DNA from: Microbacteriaceae bacterium
Lineage (GTDB): Bacteria; Actinomycetota; Actinomycetes; Actinomycetales; Microbacteriaceae
Reading direction: 5' to 3'
Length of the DNA: 64,000 bases
Assembly: GCA_014378715.1 (NCBI GenBank)
Contig: JACMNE010000004.1
Coordinates: 7,725 to 71,724 of the forward strand
Each line of letters opens with the position of its first letter. Position 1 is the first letter of the stretch. This document shows positions 21,618 to 31,517 of this stretch, piece by piece. The position numbers and the translations under genes are program-made. A model generated the notes under the pieces. The model was not told the DNA's origin. It did not search any database and worked only from the letters and a program-made list of their open reading frames with translations.

Positions 21618-23924
21618 TCAGACCTTCGCGACCTCGCGGGCGGGCTCGATGCGGACGACCACGGCCTTCGACACCGGGGTGTTGCTCTGCTCCGCCACGC
21701 TGTCGAGGGGGATCAGCACGTTCGCCTCGGGGAAGTACGCCGCAGCGCAGCCCTTCGCGGTGGGGTAGGACACGGCGCGGAACGCCCGCAGCACGCGGTC
21801 GGGTTCGTCCCTCCACTCGCTGAATATGTCGACCTGCTGGCCGTCGACGAGTCCGAGTTCGGCGAGGTCCTCAGGGTTGATGAACACCACGTTCCTGCCC
21901 TGCTTGATTCCGCGGTAGCGGTCGTTGAGGCTGTAGATCGTGGTGTTGAACTGGTCGTGCGAGCGGAGGGTCTGCAGTATCAGCCGTCCGGCCGGGCGCT
22001 CGACCGGCGCGAGGTCGTTGACGGTGATCATCGCCTTGCCTGTGCTCGTCGCGAAGCTGCGCGAGTCGCGCGGCCCGTTGGGGAGGATGAAGCCGTCGCG
22101 GTTCCTGATCCGCGTGTTGAAGTCCTCGAAGCCGTCGACGACCCGTGAGATGTGGTCGCGGATCGAGTCGTAGTCTCTTTCGAACCCGGCCCAGTCGATT
22201 CTCGACCGGGAGCCGAGCACCGCGCGGGCGAGCCGGGTGACGATCGAGATCTCCGAGAGAACCTCGGGCGCGATCGGCGCGAGCTTGCCGTGCGAGGCGT
22301 GCACGGCGCACACCGAATCTTCTACCGACACGAACTGCGCGCCAGAGGCCTGCACGTCGATCTCGGTGCGCCCGAGCGTCGGCAGGATGAGCGCCTCGGC
22401 GCCGATGACGGCGTGCGAGCGGTTGAGCTTGGTGGAGACCTGCACGGTGAGTTCGGTGCCCTGCATGGCGGCCTCGGCTGCCGCGGTGTCGGAGATGGCG
22501 GCGACGAGGTTGCCGCCGACCGCGAACCAGACCTTGATCTTGCCCTTCTGCATGGCCTCGATGCCCTGGAGGCTGTCGACTCCGTGCTCCCGCGGCACAG
22601 CGAACCCGAATTCCTTCTCCAGGGCGTCCATGAACGGCTCCGGCATCTTCTCCCAGACGCCCATCGTGCGGTCGCCCTGAACATTGCTGTGCCCCCGGAT
22701 CGGCGATGCACCAGCGCCTGGCTTGCCCATGTTGCCGCGCAGAAGCAGCAGATTGACGATCTCCTTGATCGTCGACACCGCCTTCGTGTGCTGCGTGATG
22801 CCCATGGCCCAGGTGATGATGACCCTCTCCGAGCTGATGTAGCGCTCCGCGAGCTCGTCGATCTCCGCGGTCGTCAGGCCGGTGGCCTCGAGAACCTCGG
22901 CGTCGTCGACGAGCGCCATGTGCGCCGCGAACTCCTCGAGCCCGACGGCGTGCTCCTCGAGGAACGCGTGGTCGAGCACGGTGCCGGGGTTCGTGGCCTC
23001 TGCGGCGAGCACCCGCTTGGAGACGGCCTGCAGCAGGGCCATATCGCCACCGAGCCGCACCTGGAGGAACTGGTCGGCGAGGTTCGTGCCCTTGCCGATG
23101 ATGCCCTTCACGGTCTGTGGGTTCTTGTAGCGCAGGAGTCCCGCTTCCGGGAGCGGGTTCACGGCCACGATCTTCGCGCCGTTCTTCTTCGCGTCCTCGA
23201 GGGCGGTCAGCATACGTGGGTGGTTCGTTCCCGGATTCTGACCGAGGATGATGACGAGATCGGCCTTCTCGAAGTCGTCGTAGGCGATCGTCGACTTTCC
23301 GACCCCGAGCGTCTCCCCCATCGCCGCCCCGGTGGACTCGTGGCACATGTTCGAGCAGTCGGGCAGGTTGTTGGTGCCGAAGGCACGCACGAACAGCTGG
23401 TAGACGAACGCGGTCTCGTTCGCGGTGCGGCCGCTGGTGTAGAACGCCGCCTCGTTCGGCGAGTCCAGGCCGTTCAGCTTCTCGGCGATGATCGCGAAGG
23501 CCTCGTCCCAGCCGACGGGCTCGTAGTGGTCGGATCCGGCCCGCTTGTAGACGGGCTCGACGAGGCGCCCCTGCATGCCGAGCCAGTACTCGCTCTTCTC
23601 CAGCAGATCGGTGACGGAGTGCTCGGACCAGAAGTTGCGCGGGACCTTCAGCGGGTTCGCCTCCCAGGTCACGGCCTTCGCGCCGTTCTCACAGAACTCC
23701 GCGAGCTTGCGGTGGCTCGGGTCCGGCCACGCGCAGCTCATGCAGTCGAAGCCGTCCTTCTGGTTGAGGGAGGCCATCAACTTGAGCGTGCGTCCCACCC
23801 CCATCTGGGAGATCGCGGGCTCCATCGAGTGGGTCACCCCGGGCACGCCTGCCGCCCAGTGCTTAGGGCCGGTGACCGTGATGTTGTCGTCGTTGACGTC
23901 GTCGATGGGCGGCTGGCTGCTCAT
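21618..23924 (-). CDS. FdhF/YdeP family molybdopterin oxidoreductase
   Basis: The 955-aa ORF was trimmed to ATG 23924 (MSSQPPIDDVNDDNITVTGPKHWAAGVPGV...). Family-typical DGFDCMSCAWPDP Cys cluster and a molybdopterin-binding domain. ATGA overlap with the fdhD stop. Confidence 0.85.
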   Translation of the reverse strand: MSSQPPIDDVNDDNITVTGPKHWAAGVPGVTHSMEPAISQMGVGRTLKLMASLNQKDGFDCMSCAWPDPSHRKLAEFCENGAKAVTWEANPLKVPRNFWSEHSVTDLLEKSEYWLGMQGRLVEPVYKRAGSDHYEPVGWDEAFAIIAEKLNGLDSPNEAAFYTSGRTANETAFVYQLFVRAFGTNNLPDCSNMCHESTGAAMGETLGVGKSTIAYDDFEKADLVIILGQNPGTNHPRMLTALEDAKKNGAKIVAVNPLPEAGLLRYKNPQTVKGIIGKGTNLADQFLQVRLGGDMALLQAVSKRVLAAEATNPGTVLDHAFLEEHAVGLEEFAAHMALVDDAEVLEATGLTTAEIDELAERYISSERVIITWAMGITQHTKAVSTIKEIVNLLLLRGNMGKPGAGASPIRGHSNVQGDRTMGVWEKMPEPFMDALEKEFGFAVPREHGVDSLQGIEAMQKGKIKVWFAVGGNLVAAISDTAAAEAAMQGTELTVQVSTKLNRSHAVIGAEALILPTLGRTEIDVQASGAQFVSVEDSVCAVHASHGKLAPIAPEVLSEISIVTRLARAVLGSRSRIDWAGFERDYDSIRDHISRVVDGFEDFNTRIRNRDGFILPNGPRDSRSFATSTGKAMITVNDLAPVERPAGRLILQTLRSHDQFNTTIYSLNDRYRGIKQGRNVVFINPEDLAELGLVDGQQVDIFSEWRDEPDRVLRAFRAVSYPTAKGCAAAYFPEANVLIPLDSVAEQSNTPVSKAVVVRIEPAREVAKV

Positions 23925-24838
23925 GCGGTGCTCGTTTCTCTTGTGCTGGGGAGCTCTGTGGTGAGGGGCAGTGCGCCCGACAGGTCGGAAGGAGTGGAGT
24001 CGGTGGGGGCGGAGGTGATGCGCTCCGGGCCGGTGTAGATGACCATCGAGTTGCCGCGCAGGAACCCGACAATCGTGATCCCCATCTCGGCCGCGAGCTC
24101 GATCGCCAGCGACGAGGGGGCGGAGACGGCCGCGGGCATGGGGATGCCGGCCATCGAGGCCTTCTGGGTCAGCTCGAAGCTCGCCCGGCCGGAGACCATC
24201 AGCACGGTCCCCCGCAGCGGGAGCCGGTTCTCCTTCACGGCCCAGCCGACGACCTTGTCGACGGCGTTGTGGCGCCCGACGTCCTCCCGCAGCACGAGGA
24301 GCTCCCCGGTCGCGGCGTCGAAGAGAGCGGCGGCGTGCAGCCCGCCGGTCTTCTCGAAGACATCCTGGCCCTCTCGGAGCCGGTCGGGGAAGGTGACGAG
24401 CAGCTCGTCGCGAACGGTCAGGTGATCGTGGGCAACGTCGTAGGCGGAGAGAGTGCGCACCGCGTCGATGCTCGCCTTGCCGCACAGCCCGCAGGAGCTG
24501 GTGGTGTAGAAGTTGCGCTCCAGGCTGGGATCGGGGGGTGCGACCCCGGGTGCCAGAGTGACGTCGAGAACGTTGTAGGTGTTGAGCCCCTCGACGGTCG
24601 CGCCAGCGCAGTACCTGGCCGCGCCGAAGTGCTCACCCGTGGAGATGACCCCCTCGGACACGAGGAATCCGGCCGCGAGGTCGAAGTCGTGGCCCGGGGT
24701 ACGCATCGTGATCGCCATGGCACGCCCACCGACCCTGATCTCGAGAGGTTCCTCCGCGGCAAGCACGTCCTCGCGCTGGATGGCGGGGGTGCCGACGGTG
24801 AGCCGGGTGACCCGGCGTCGTACTGTGATTCTGCCCAT
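23921..24838 (-). CDS. fdhD: Formate dehydrogenase accessory sulfurtransferase FdhD
   Basis: 305 aa, SSCGLCGK and DVGRHNAVDKVVG motifs. Confidence 0.9.
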   Translation of the reverse strand: MGRITVRRRVTRLTVGTPAIQREDVLAAEEPLEIRVGGRAMAITMRTPGHDFDLAAGFLVSEGVISTGEHFGAARYCAGATVEGLNTYNVLDVTLAPGVAPPDPSLERNFYTTSSCGLCGKASIDAVRTLSAYDVAHDHLTVRDELLVTFPDRLREGQDVFEKTGGLHAAALFDAATGELLVLREDVGRHNAVDKVVGWAVKENRLPLRGTVLMVSGRASFELTQKASMAGIPMPAAVSAPSSLAIELAAEMGITIVGFLRGNSMVIYTGPERITSAPTDSTPSDLSGALPLTTELPSTRETSTA

Positions 24839-24905
24839 ACCTTATGACTACCAGTAATCCCTGCGAGCAAGGGGGCGGGCCACGCCGGGCAGTGGGGCGG
24901 GGCGC

Positions 24906-25631
24906 TCAAGCCAACCGGGTGGGCCGGCCGAAACGGGTGACGACTCCCGGGGAGTAGAGCACGGAGTCGGGGGCGCGCCCGCCGACCGATGCGATGCCGG
25001 CCGCCGCGACGAGGTCGTCGTCGAGCTCAAGCAGATCCGCCCGGAACAGCTGCCAGCTCGCGTGCTCGTTCGGCATCGACAGGGTGTGTGCGCCGCGGCG
25101 AACGAACAGCAGCCAGCGTGCGGTCAGGAAGTCGGCGAGCGGGTCGTCCACGACCTCGACAGCGGACGTCCGCACGGACACGAGCGACGCGGGGCGGCCG
25201 GGTGCGAGGCGGCGTGACCGGTAGGTGACGACGTCGTCGCTTCTCTCGACGGAGGCGGACGCCCAGACGTACGGCAGGCTGAACAGCGTGCGGGCGACGA
25301 GCACGGCGGCCAGTCGGGACGCCTCGAGGGACCGGAACACGACACCGCGGTGGCCGTCGCGGTCCATGCCGTAGAGGCGCACGTTGACCTCGGTGAACGA
25401 TCCGAAGTACGGGATCGCGAGGCCGCCGAGCACGGCAGAGTCGCGCATCTCGAACGGGATGAGGCCGACCCAGGTGGCGCCGTCGAACACGTCGGGCACG
25501 ATCCCCTCCGGCAGCAGCGGGGCGATCTCGGCCGGGTCGACTCGCCAGTGCACGAACACGAGCCCCCGCCAGAACTGGCTGAGGACGGGGGTGCCCGCGA
25601 GGGGGCTGGCGATGGCGTTGATCGGGTCCAC
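24906..25631 (-). CDS. DUF2071 (YqjF-like) domain protein
   Basis: 241 aa, LVFVHWRVDPAEIAPLLPEG...WVGLIPFEM...EVNVRLYG, typical of DUF2071. Starts 9 nt after the upstream membrane-protein gene. Confidence 0.7.
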   Translation of the reverse strand: MDPINAIASPLAGTPVLSQFWRGLVFVHWRVDPAEIAPLLPEGIVPDVFDGATWVGLIPFEMRDSAVLGGLAIPYFGSFTEVNVRLYGMDRDGHRGVVFRSLEASRLAAVLVARTLFSLPYVWASASVERSDDVVTYRSRRLAPGRPASLVSVRTSAVEVVDDPLADFLTARWLLFVRRGAHTLSMPNEHASWQLFRADLLELDDDLVAAAGIASVGGRAPDSVLYSPGVVTRFGRPTRLA

Positions 25632-25640
25632 TGTTTTACC

Positions 25641-26762
25641 CTACGTCCGGGCGGCGGGGGAGCCTGCGAATGGTCTGACAGGGCGCCGCCCGCCCGCCAG
25701 GAGCCAGGCGCCCGCCGAGCCGGCCAGCGACCAGGCGACGACTGCCGACGCCGCCGCGAACTGGGCGATCGCCGGTTCCGGCTGGCCCGTGTAGAAGATG
25801 CCGATCCGCGCGGCGAAGACCCCGACCAAGCCGGTTCCCAGAGCCCCGCCGACGAGCAGCACCGTCGCCGCGAGCCAGAGCGTCTGCCCCGTGCGGCGGG
25901 CGAGCGGGTACCCGATCGCGGCGCAGACGACCGCGGTGATCGCGGCGGTCAGCACTGCGCCGACGGCCGTGAGGTTGCCGCTGCCGGCCCCGACCGCCAC
26001 GAGTCCACAGAGCATTCCCAGCGCGGGGCCGTGAGGAATGCCGCGGCCCCGCAGCATCCGCTGCAGGATCACCCAGATGAGAGCGGATGTCGCGGGGCCG
26101 AGCACCGCGTTCGAGACGATGACCGGGGTGGCTGAGTCGACCGCGAGCTCCATACCGACGAACCAGACGACGCAGAGCGCCCAGGCCGCAGGCGGGAACC
26201 AGGGAGGGAACCGGGCAGCGAGGCGCGAGGGGACGGCCGGGACCGGGGAACCCCGGCGGGCGACGAGCACCACGGTGCAGGCCGCGCCGACGCCGACCGC
26301 GACCGGCAGCACGCCGGCGAGGTCGACGACGCCGAGCGGGGCTGAGTCGATCTGGAAGACGGCCAGGGCCACGGGCGAGAACACGACCAGTACCCAGAGG
26401 GTGGCGAACACGAGGGACAGCCGGCGGCCGGAGGCGAGCGTGATCCGGGCGGCGAGCGCGGCGCCGAGGCCGGCGAGGGCGGTCGCGAGCACGGCGAGCC
26501 CGGGTCCGAGACCGGCCGGGTCCGCCCCGGAGTCGGCGGCGAGGCCGGAGGTGCCGGCATCGACCGTGGGACCGCCCTGGCCTCCCCCGGTCATCGAGGT
26601 CCACACGGCGGCGATGGCGAGCACGGCGAGCCAAGCGCCCCAGCCCGTGGCGCAGCCCACGAGCGCACGTACGGCGCTCGGACGCGGACCTCCGGCCACT
26701 GCCACGGTGCCCGCGAGAACGGCGAGTGCGGTGATGGCGCCAGACGCTCCGATGATGATCAC
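25641..26762 (-). CDS. Polytopic membrane protein with a degenerate ammonium-transporter (Amt) fold
   Basis: 373 aa, about 10 TM segments. The C-terminal two thirds align by eye to the window's own Amt (27897..29177), but conserved pore residues are replaced (see findings). Confidence 0.6.
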   Translation of the reverse strand: MIIIGASGAITALAVLAGTVAVAGGPRPSAVRALVGCATGWGAWLAVLAIAAVWTSMTGGGQGGPTVDAGTSGLAADSGADPAGLGPGLAVLATALAGLGAALAARITLASGRRLSLVFATLWVLVVFSPVALAVFQIDSAPLGVVDLAGVLPVAVGVGAACTVVLVARRGSPVPAVPSRLAARFPPWFPPAAWALCVVWFVGMELAVDSATPVIVSNAVLGPATSALIWVILQRMLRGRGIPHGPALGMLCGLVAVGAGSGNLTAVGAVLTAAITAVVCAAIGYPLARRTGQTLWLAATVLLVGGALGTGLVGVFAARIGIFYTGQPEPAIAQFAAASAVVAWSLAGSAGAWLLAGGRRPVRPFAGSPAART

Positions 26763-26869
26763 TGGACTGTTGATGTCGACCGCCTCCCTCGCGCCATCGT
26801 AGGGCGATCCGCTCGGCAGGTGGACACGTCACCGGTCCGGCGGCGGCCGAAGTGTGCAAGATTGCAGGT

Positions 26870-27799
26870 ATGACGGATGCGCACCCGACCCCCGGCCCGC
26901 CCCCGACGAGCGCCGACGACCTGCTTGTCCTGCTGGCCGTCGCCCGCACCGGACGGTTCACGACGGCTGGCGAGAGTCTCGGACTCAACCACACGACCGT
27001 CTCCCGGCGCATCGCGGCGCTGGAGATCATGCTCGGCGGCCGGGTGCTCTCCCGGGTGCAGGGCGGGTGGGAGCTCACGGAGCTCGGACAGCGCGCCTCC
27101 CGGGCGGCCGAGGGCATCGAGGCTTCCGTCGCCGCGCTGAGCGCGCCTGCAGAGAAGCCCGACCGCCTCTCTGGCGTGGTGCGCCTGTCGGCGACCGACG
27201 GGTTCAGCGCCTACATCGCGGCCCCGGCGATCGCGAAGCTGCAGCTCGAGCACCCCGGGCTCTCCGTCGAGATCGTCACCGTCACGAGGCGCGCGCTGCA
27301 GCACCGCTCGGGGCCCGACATCGAGGTCGTCGTCGGCGAGCCGCAGGTGCACCGCGCCGAGGCGTTCCGCCTCGGCTTTTACACCCTGGGCATGTACGCC
27401 TCTCGCACCTATCTCTCCGAGCGCGGGATGCCCACGACCGTGGCCGAGCTCACACGACATCCGCTCGTCTACTTCGTTGATTCCATGCTGCAGGTCGACG
27501 ACCTGGACGCCCCCCGGCGCCTGGTGCCTGGCATGCGCGACTCGGTCAGCTCGACGAACGTGTTCGTGCACGTTGAGGCGACGCGGGCCGGTGCCGGGAT
27601 CGGGTTCCTGCCCTGCTTCATGGCCGACCGGCACAGCGACCTCGTTCGTCTGCTGCCCGGCGACTTCCGGGAGCAGCTCCCGTACTGGATGGTGCTCCGC
27701 CCCGACTCACTGCGGCAGGGATCTGTCGCGGCCGTCGTCGACGCGCTGCGCCGGCAGACCCGTGACAGCCGCGAGGCACTGCTCGGCCGCCCGGCCTGA
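26870..27799 (+). CDS. LysR family transcriptional regulator
   Basis: N-terminal wHTH FTTAGESLGLNHTTVSRRIAALE plus a LysR substrate-binding domain. Start set at ATG 26870. Divergent from the Amt-like gene. Confidence 0.88.
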   Translation: MTDAHPTPGPPPTSADDLLVLLAVARTGRFTTAGESLGLNHTTVSRRIAALEIMLGGRVLSRVQGGWELTELGQRASRAAEGIEASVAALSAPAEKPDRLSGVVRLSATDGFSAYIAAPAIAKLQLEHPGLSVEIVTVTRRALQHRSGPDIEVVVGEPQVHRAEAFRLGFYTLGMYASRTYLSERGMPTTVAELTRHPLVYFVDSMLQVDDLDAPRRLVPGMRDSVSSTNVFVHVEATRAGAGIGFLPCFMADRHSDLVRLLPGDFREQLPYWMVLRPDSLRQGSVAAVVDALRRQTRDSREALLGRPA

Positions 27800-27821
27800 C
27801 CGCACGGCCTCACAACGCAGA

Positions 27822-27855
27822 GAAGTGGTGCCGCCCCGTGGGACGACACCACTTC
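27822..27855. terminator. Hairpin between convergent lysR-family gene and amt
   Basis: 9-bp stem GAAGTGGTG / CACCACTTC around a 16-nt loop, between the two stop codons. Confidence 0.4.
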
Positions 27856-27896
27856 CCGTGCTGTGGATCTGTGCAGCGGATATGCGGTGGTGCGAG

Positions 27897-29177
27897 TTAC
27901 CTGGACTCGGCGAGCACGTAGCCCTCCTCGCCGTGGATGACAGTGTCGATCCCGGCGACCTCGTCCTCGTTCTTGATCCGGAAGCCCATCGTCTTCTCGA
28001 TGATCGTTCCGATCGCGAAGGCGAGGACGAACGAGAACAGCAGGACCGAGAAGGCCGCGATGGCCTGAACGAGGAGCTGGGTGAGGCTGCCGCTGTAGAT
28101 GAGGCCGGTGCCTGTGGCGAAGAAACCCAGGTACAGGGTTCCGATGAGGCCACCGACGAGGTGGATCCCGACCACGTCGAGCGAGTCGTCGAAGCCGAGC
28201 TTGAACTTCAGGTCAACGGCGAGGGCACAGACGGCACCCGCGACGAGGCCGAGCACGATCGCCCAGAACGGGGTGAGCGACGCGCAGGCCGGGGTGATCG
28301 CGACGAGGCCGGCGACGGCGCCCGATGCTGCACCCACTGAGGTCGGCTTGCCGTCGCGGATCTTCTCGACGAGGAGCCAGGCCAGGAGGGCCGCTGCTGG
28401 GGCGGCGATCGTGTTGATGAACGCGAGCGCGGCGACGCCGTCGGCGGCGAGTTCGGAGCCGGCGTTGAAGCCGAACCAGCCGAACCACAGGAGACCGGCG
28501 CCGAGAAGCACGAACGGCGGGTTGTGCGGAGTGTAGGCGCCCTTGGCGAATCCGACGCGCTTGCCGAGAACGAGGGCCAGGGCGAGGGCGGCCGCACCGG
28601 AGTTGATGTGCACCGCGGTGCCTCCGGCGAAGTCGATCGCGCCGACTCCGAAGACCTGCTGCATGCCGTACGTGATCCAGCCGCCGTCGGTGAAGCTGCC
28701 GTCGGACCCGAGGGTGAAGTTGAAGACCCAGCTGGCGACGGGGAAGTAGACGACCGTGACCCAGACGCCCGCGAAGATCAGCCAAGCGCCGAACTTGGCG
28801 CGGTCGGCGATGGCTCCGGAGATGAGGGCGACCGTGATGATAGCGAAGGTCGCCTGGAAGGCGGCGAAGGCGAGCGGCGGGTACATGGACCCCTCCGGCA
28901 CCTCGAGGAGGCCGGTGAGGCCGAGGTTGGCGGTATCGATGCCGAGGAAGCCGTCGATGCCGAAGTAGGTCGCGGTGCCGGCGTTGGAGAACGCGATCGC
29001 GTAGCCGTAGAGCACCCAGAGGACTCCGACGAGGCCGATGGCCCCGAAACTCATCATCATCATGCTGATGACGCTCTTCGCCTTGACCAATCCGCCATAG
29101 AAGAAAGCCAGGCCGGGGGTCATCAGCAGTACGAGCGCCGAACAAATCAACAGGAAGGCGGTGTTGCCTTGATCCAT
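27897..29177 (-). CDS. amt: Ammonium transporter
   Basis: 426 aa with canonical Amt motifs: AIDFAGGTAVHINSG, LWFGWFGFNAGS, DDSLDVVGIHLVGGLIGT (twin-His present). Confidence 0.93.
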   Translation of the reverse strand: MDQGNTAFLLICSALVLLMTPGLAFFYGGLVKAKSVISMMMMSFGAIGLVGVLWVLYGYAIAFSNAGTATYFGIDGFLGIDTANLGLTGLLEVPEGSMYPPLAFAAFQATFAIITVALISGAIADRAKFGAWLIFAGVWVTVVYFPVASWVFNFTLGSDGSFTDGGWITYGMQQVFGVGAIDFAGGTAVHINSGAAALALALVLGKRVGFAKGAYTPHNPPFVLLGAGLLWFGWFGFNAGSELAADGVAALAFINTIAAPAAALLAWLLVEKIRDGKPTSVGAASGAVAGLVAITPACASLTPFWAIVLGLVAGAVCALAVDLKFKLGFDDSLDVVGIHLVGGLIGTLYLGFFATGTGLIYSGSLTQLLVQAIAAFSVLLFSFVLAFAIGTIIEKTMGFRIKNEDEVAGIDTVIHGEEGYVLAESR

Positions 29178-29294
29178 GGTGAACCTCTCATCGTGAGCAA
29201 AAACGTGGTGTCGAGACCCGGGCGCGACAGTCGAGGGACGAGCCGGGCACGACCACAGTTTTGCGGGATCACGTTTCGGCAGGAGCCTCAGGGT

Positions 29295-29310
29295 GTTTCC
29301 GTCGTGTTAC
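29295..29310 (-). promoter_or_regulatory. Putative GlnR box upstream of amt
   Basis: The minus strand reads GTAAC-ACGACG-GAAAC, matching the actinobacterial GlnR a-site/b-site consensus gTnAc-n6-GaAAc, about 120-130 nt upstream of the amt ATG. Extra GAAAC half-sites at 29273-29277 and 29337-29341. Confidence 0.4.
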
Positions 29311-29416
29311 GCCCGCGCCCGGCACGTTAACATCCTGTTTCGCGCGACCGGCAAGGCGCTCCGAGGGCGGCAGACAGGGCGTGCGGACAGGGCGTGGTGA
29401 CCGCGCGCGGACCGGG

Positions 29417-30427
29417 TCAGCGTGGCGGGGAGGTCAGGGAGATCAGGCGGGACGTCGCCCGGAGGTACTTCTTGCGGTAGCCGCCCGCGAGCATGTCCTC
29501 GGCGAACACCTGGTCGAAGGGGATGCCGGTGTTGATGACGCGCACCTGGGCGTCGTAGAGGCGGTCAACGAAGGCGACCAGCCGCAGCGCGTCGGTCTGG
29601 CTGGCCAGCTCGTGCACCCCGTGGAAGGCGACGGCGTCGAGGCCCTCGACGAGGGTCACATAACGGGAGGGGTGCACGGTCGCGAGGTGCTCGACGGCCG
29701 CGTCGAAGTCGTCGACGGTGATGGTTCCGTCGATGGAGGCGACCGCGGCGTCGAAGTCGGCCTCATCGAGGGCGGTGGCATGACCCTCGACCGTGCGGCG
29801 GCGGTAGTCGAGCCCGTCGATGCGCAGGGTGAGGAACTGCGCGGCCAGCGCGTCGATCTCGCGGAGGAAGTCCGCGGCGGCGAAGCGGCCCTCGCCGAGC
29901 GCGTTCGGCGGGGTGTTCGAGGTCGCAGCGATCCGGGTGCCTGTGGCGACGAGCTCTGAGAGCAAGCGGGACATCAGCCGGGTGTCGCCCGGGTCGTCGA
30001 GCTCGAACTCGTCTATGCAGACCAGCGACGAACCGCGCAGGAGCGCGATCGTCGGGGCGTAGCCGAGGGCGCCGACCAGCGCCGTGTACTCGATGAACGT
30101 GCCGAAGTACTTGCGTCCAGGGGCGGCGTGCCAGAGGGCAGCGAGAAGGTGGGTCTTGCCGACCCCGAATCCCCCGTCGAAGTAGATGCCGGGCAGGGTC
30201 TCTGGGGGTCGGCGCCGGCGGAACAGGCCGCGGCCCGCGACATCCGTCCATTTCGCGGTGAAGACGCGCACCTCGTCGACGGCGGCCGCCTGCGAGGGGT
30301 AGTCGAGGTCGGGCCGGTAGGAGTCGAGGGTCGCACCGACGAACTGGCGTGGCGGCACGAGGTGGGCGACGATCTGCTCTCCGCTGATCGTGGGCCTGCG
30401 GTCGACGAGTCGCTCTGTCACACCCAT
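29417..30427 (-). CDS. zapE: Cell division protein ZapE (AFG1-like ATPase)
   Basis: ORF trimmed to ATG 30427 ([20 protein letters not shown]...). Walker [16 protein letters not shown], Walker [12 protein letters not shown]. Confidence 0.85.
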   Translation of the reverse strand: MGVTERLVDRRPTISGEQIVAHLVPPRQFVGATLDSYRPDLDYPSQAAAVDEVRVFTAKWTDVAGRGLFRRRRPPETLPGIYFDGGFGVGKTHLLAALWHAAPGRKYFGTFIEYTALVGALGYAPTIALLRGSSLVCIDEFELDDPGDTRLMSRLLSELVATGTRIAATSNTPPNALGEGRFAAADFLREIDALAAQFLTLRIDGLDYRRRTVEGHATALDEADFDAAVASIDGTITVDDFDAAVEHLATVHPSRYVTLVEGLDAVAFHGVHELASQTDALRLVAFVDRLYDAQVRVINTGIPFDQVFAEDMLAGGYRKKYLRATSRLISLTSPPR

Positions 30428-30572
30428 GCTGTCAGTCGACAATGCCCCGGCCTCACCTTGTGTGTCGATATTGGACTCGTGCCCGTTCAGGATTCGTGGC
30501 GCGGGCACGATGAAGCTTAACCTTGCTGGTGCAGCACCAACGCCGCGCAGCCGGCGCCACCCGGAGGAACCC

Positions 30573-31517
30573 ATGACGATCGACCCCGACGCATCCCCAG
30601 CATTCAGCGGCTTCGCCCATCCGGAACGGCTTGTCTCCACGGACTGGCTCGCCGCGCACCTCGGCACGGCGGGGCTCGTCGTCGTCGAGTCCGACGAGGA
30701 CGTGCTGCTCTACGAGAGCGGTCACATCGCGGGTGCCGTCAAGGTGGACTGGCACACCGACCTCAACGATCCCGTGGAGCGGGACTACATCGACGGCGCA
30801 GCCTTCGCCGCCCTGCTCGGCTCCAAGGGCATCTCCCGCGACACCACCGTCGTGATCTACGGCGATAAGAACAACTGGTGGGCCGCCTACGCCCTGTGGG
30901 TGTTCACCCTCTTCGGCCACGACGACGTTCGCCTGCTCGACGGCGGACGCGCCAAATGGGAGGCGGAGGGACGCGAGTACACCCGCGACCGCCCGACGCC
31001 GGGCCCGGTCGACTACCCCGTGGTGCAGCGCGACGACACCGTCATCCGCGCCTACAAGGACGACGTGCTCGCCCACCTCGGCTCACCCCTCATCGACGTG
31101 CGCTCCCCCGAGGAGTACAGCGGGGAGCGCACGACCGCTCCCGCGTACCCGGAGGAGGGCGCCCTGCGGGCCGGGCACATCCCCAGCGCACAGAACGTGC
31201 CCTGGGGCAGGGCGGCGGCCGAGGACGGCACCTTCCGCAGCCCGGCCGAGCTCGACGAGCTGTACCGCGTGGGCGCAGGGCTCTCTGACGGCGACGACGT
31301 GATCGCCTACTGCCGCATCGGTGAACGGTCGGCGCACACCTGGTTCGTGCTCACCCACCTCCTCGGTTTCGAGAACGTGCGCAACTACGACGGCTCCTGG
31401 ACCGAGTGGGGCAGCGCGGTGCGCGTGCCGATCGCGCAGGGTGCAGAGCCCGGCGAGGTGCCTGCGCGGGTGCCGGCCACTGCTGTACCGGCCACCGTGC
31501 CAGCCGCCGAGCGATGA
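30573..31517 (+). CDS. sseA: Two-domain rhodanese sulfurtransferase (thiosulfate/3-mercaptopyruvate type)
   Basis: ATG 30573 behind GGAGGA. Active-site loop [11 protein letters not shown]. Pro/Ala/Val-rich C-terminal tail. Confidence 0.85.
   Translation: MTIDPDASPAFSGFAHPERLVSTDWLAAHLGTAGLVVVESDEDVLLYESGHIAGAVKVDWHTDLNDPVERDYIDGAAFAALLGSKGISRDTTVVIYGDKNNWWAAYALWVFTLFGHDDVRLLDGGRAKWEAEGREYTRDRPTPGPVDYPVVQRDDTVIRAYKDDVLAHLGSPLIDVRSPEEYSGERTTAPAYPEEGALRAGHIPSAQNVPWGRAAAEDGTFRSPAELDELYRVGAGLSDGDDVIAYCRIGERSAHTWFVLTHLLGFENVRNYDGSWTEWGSAVRVPIAQGAEPGEVPARVPATAVPATVPAAER

Noticed and set aside
19705-29177. Possible tRNA-targeted genomic island (fdhA to amt) next to the tRNA cluster
   Set aside because: There is no integrase, no recombinase, no recognisable direct repeat of a tRNA 3' end, and no visible shift in GC content or codon usage. 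I therefore treat it as ordinary variable chromosome rather than a mobile island.
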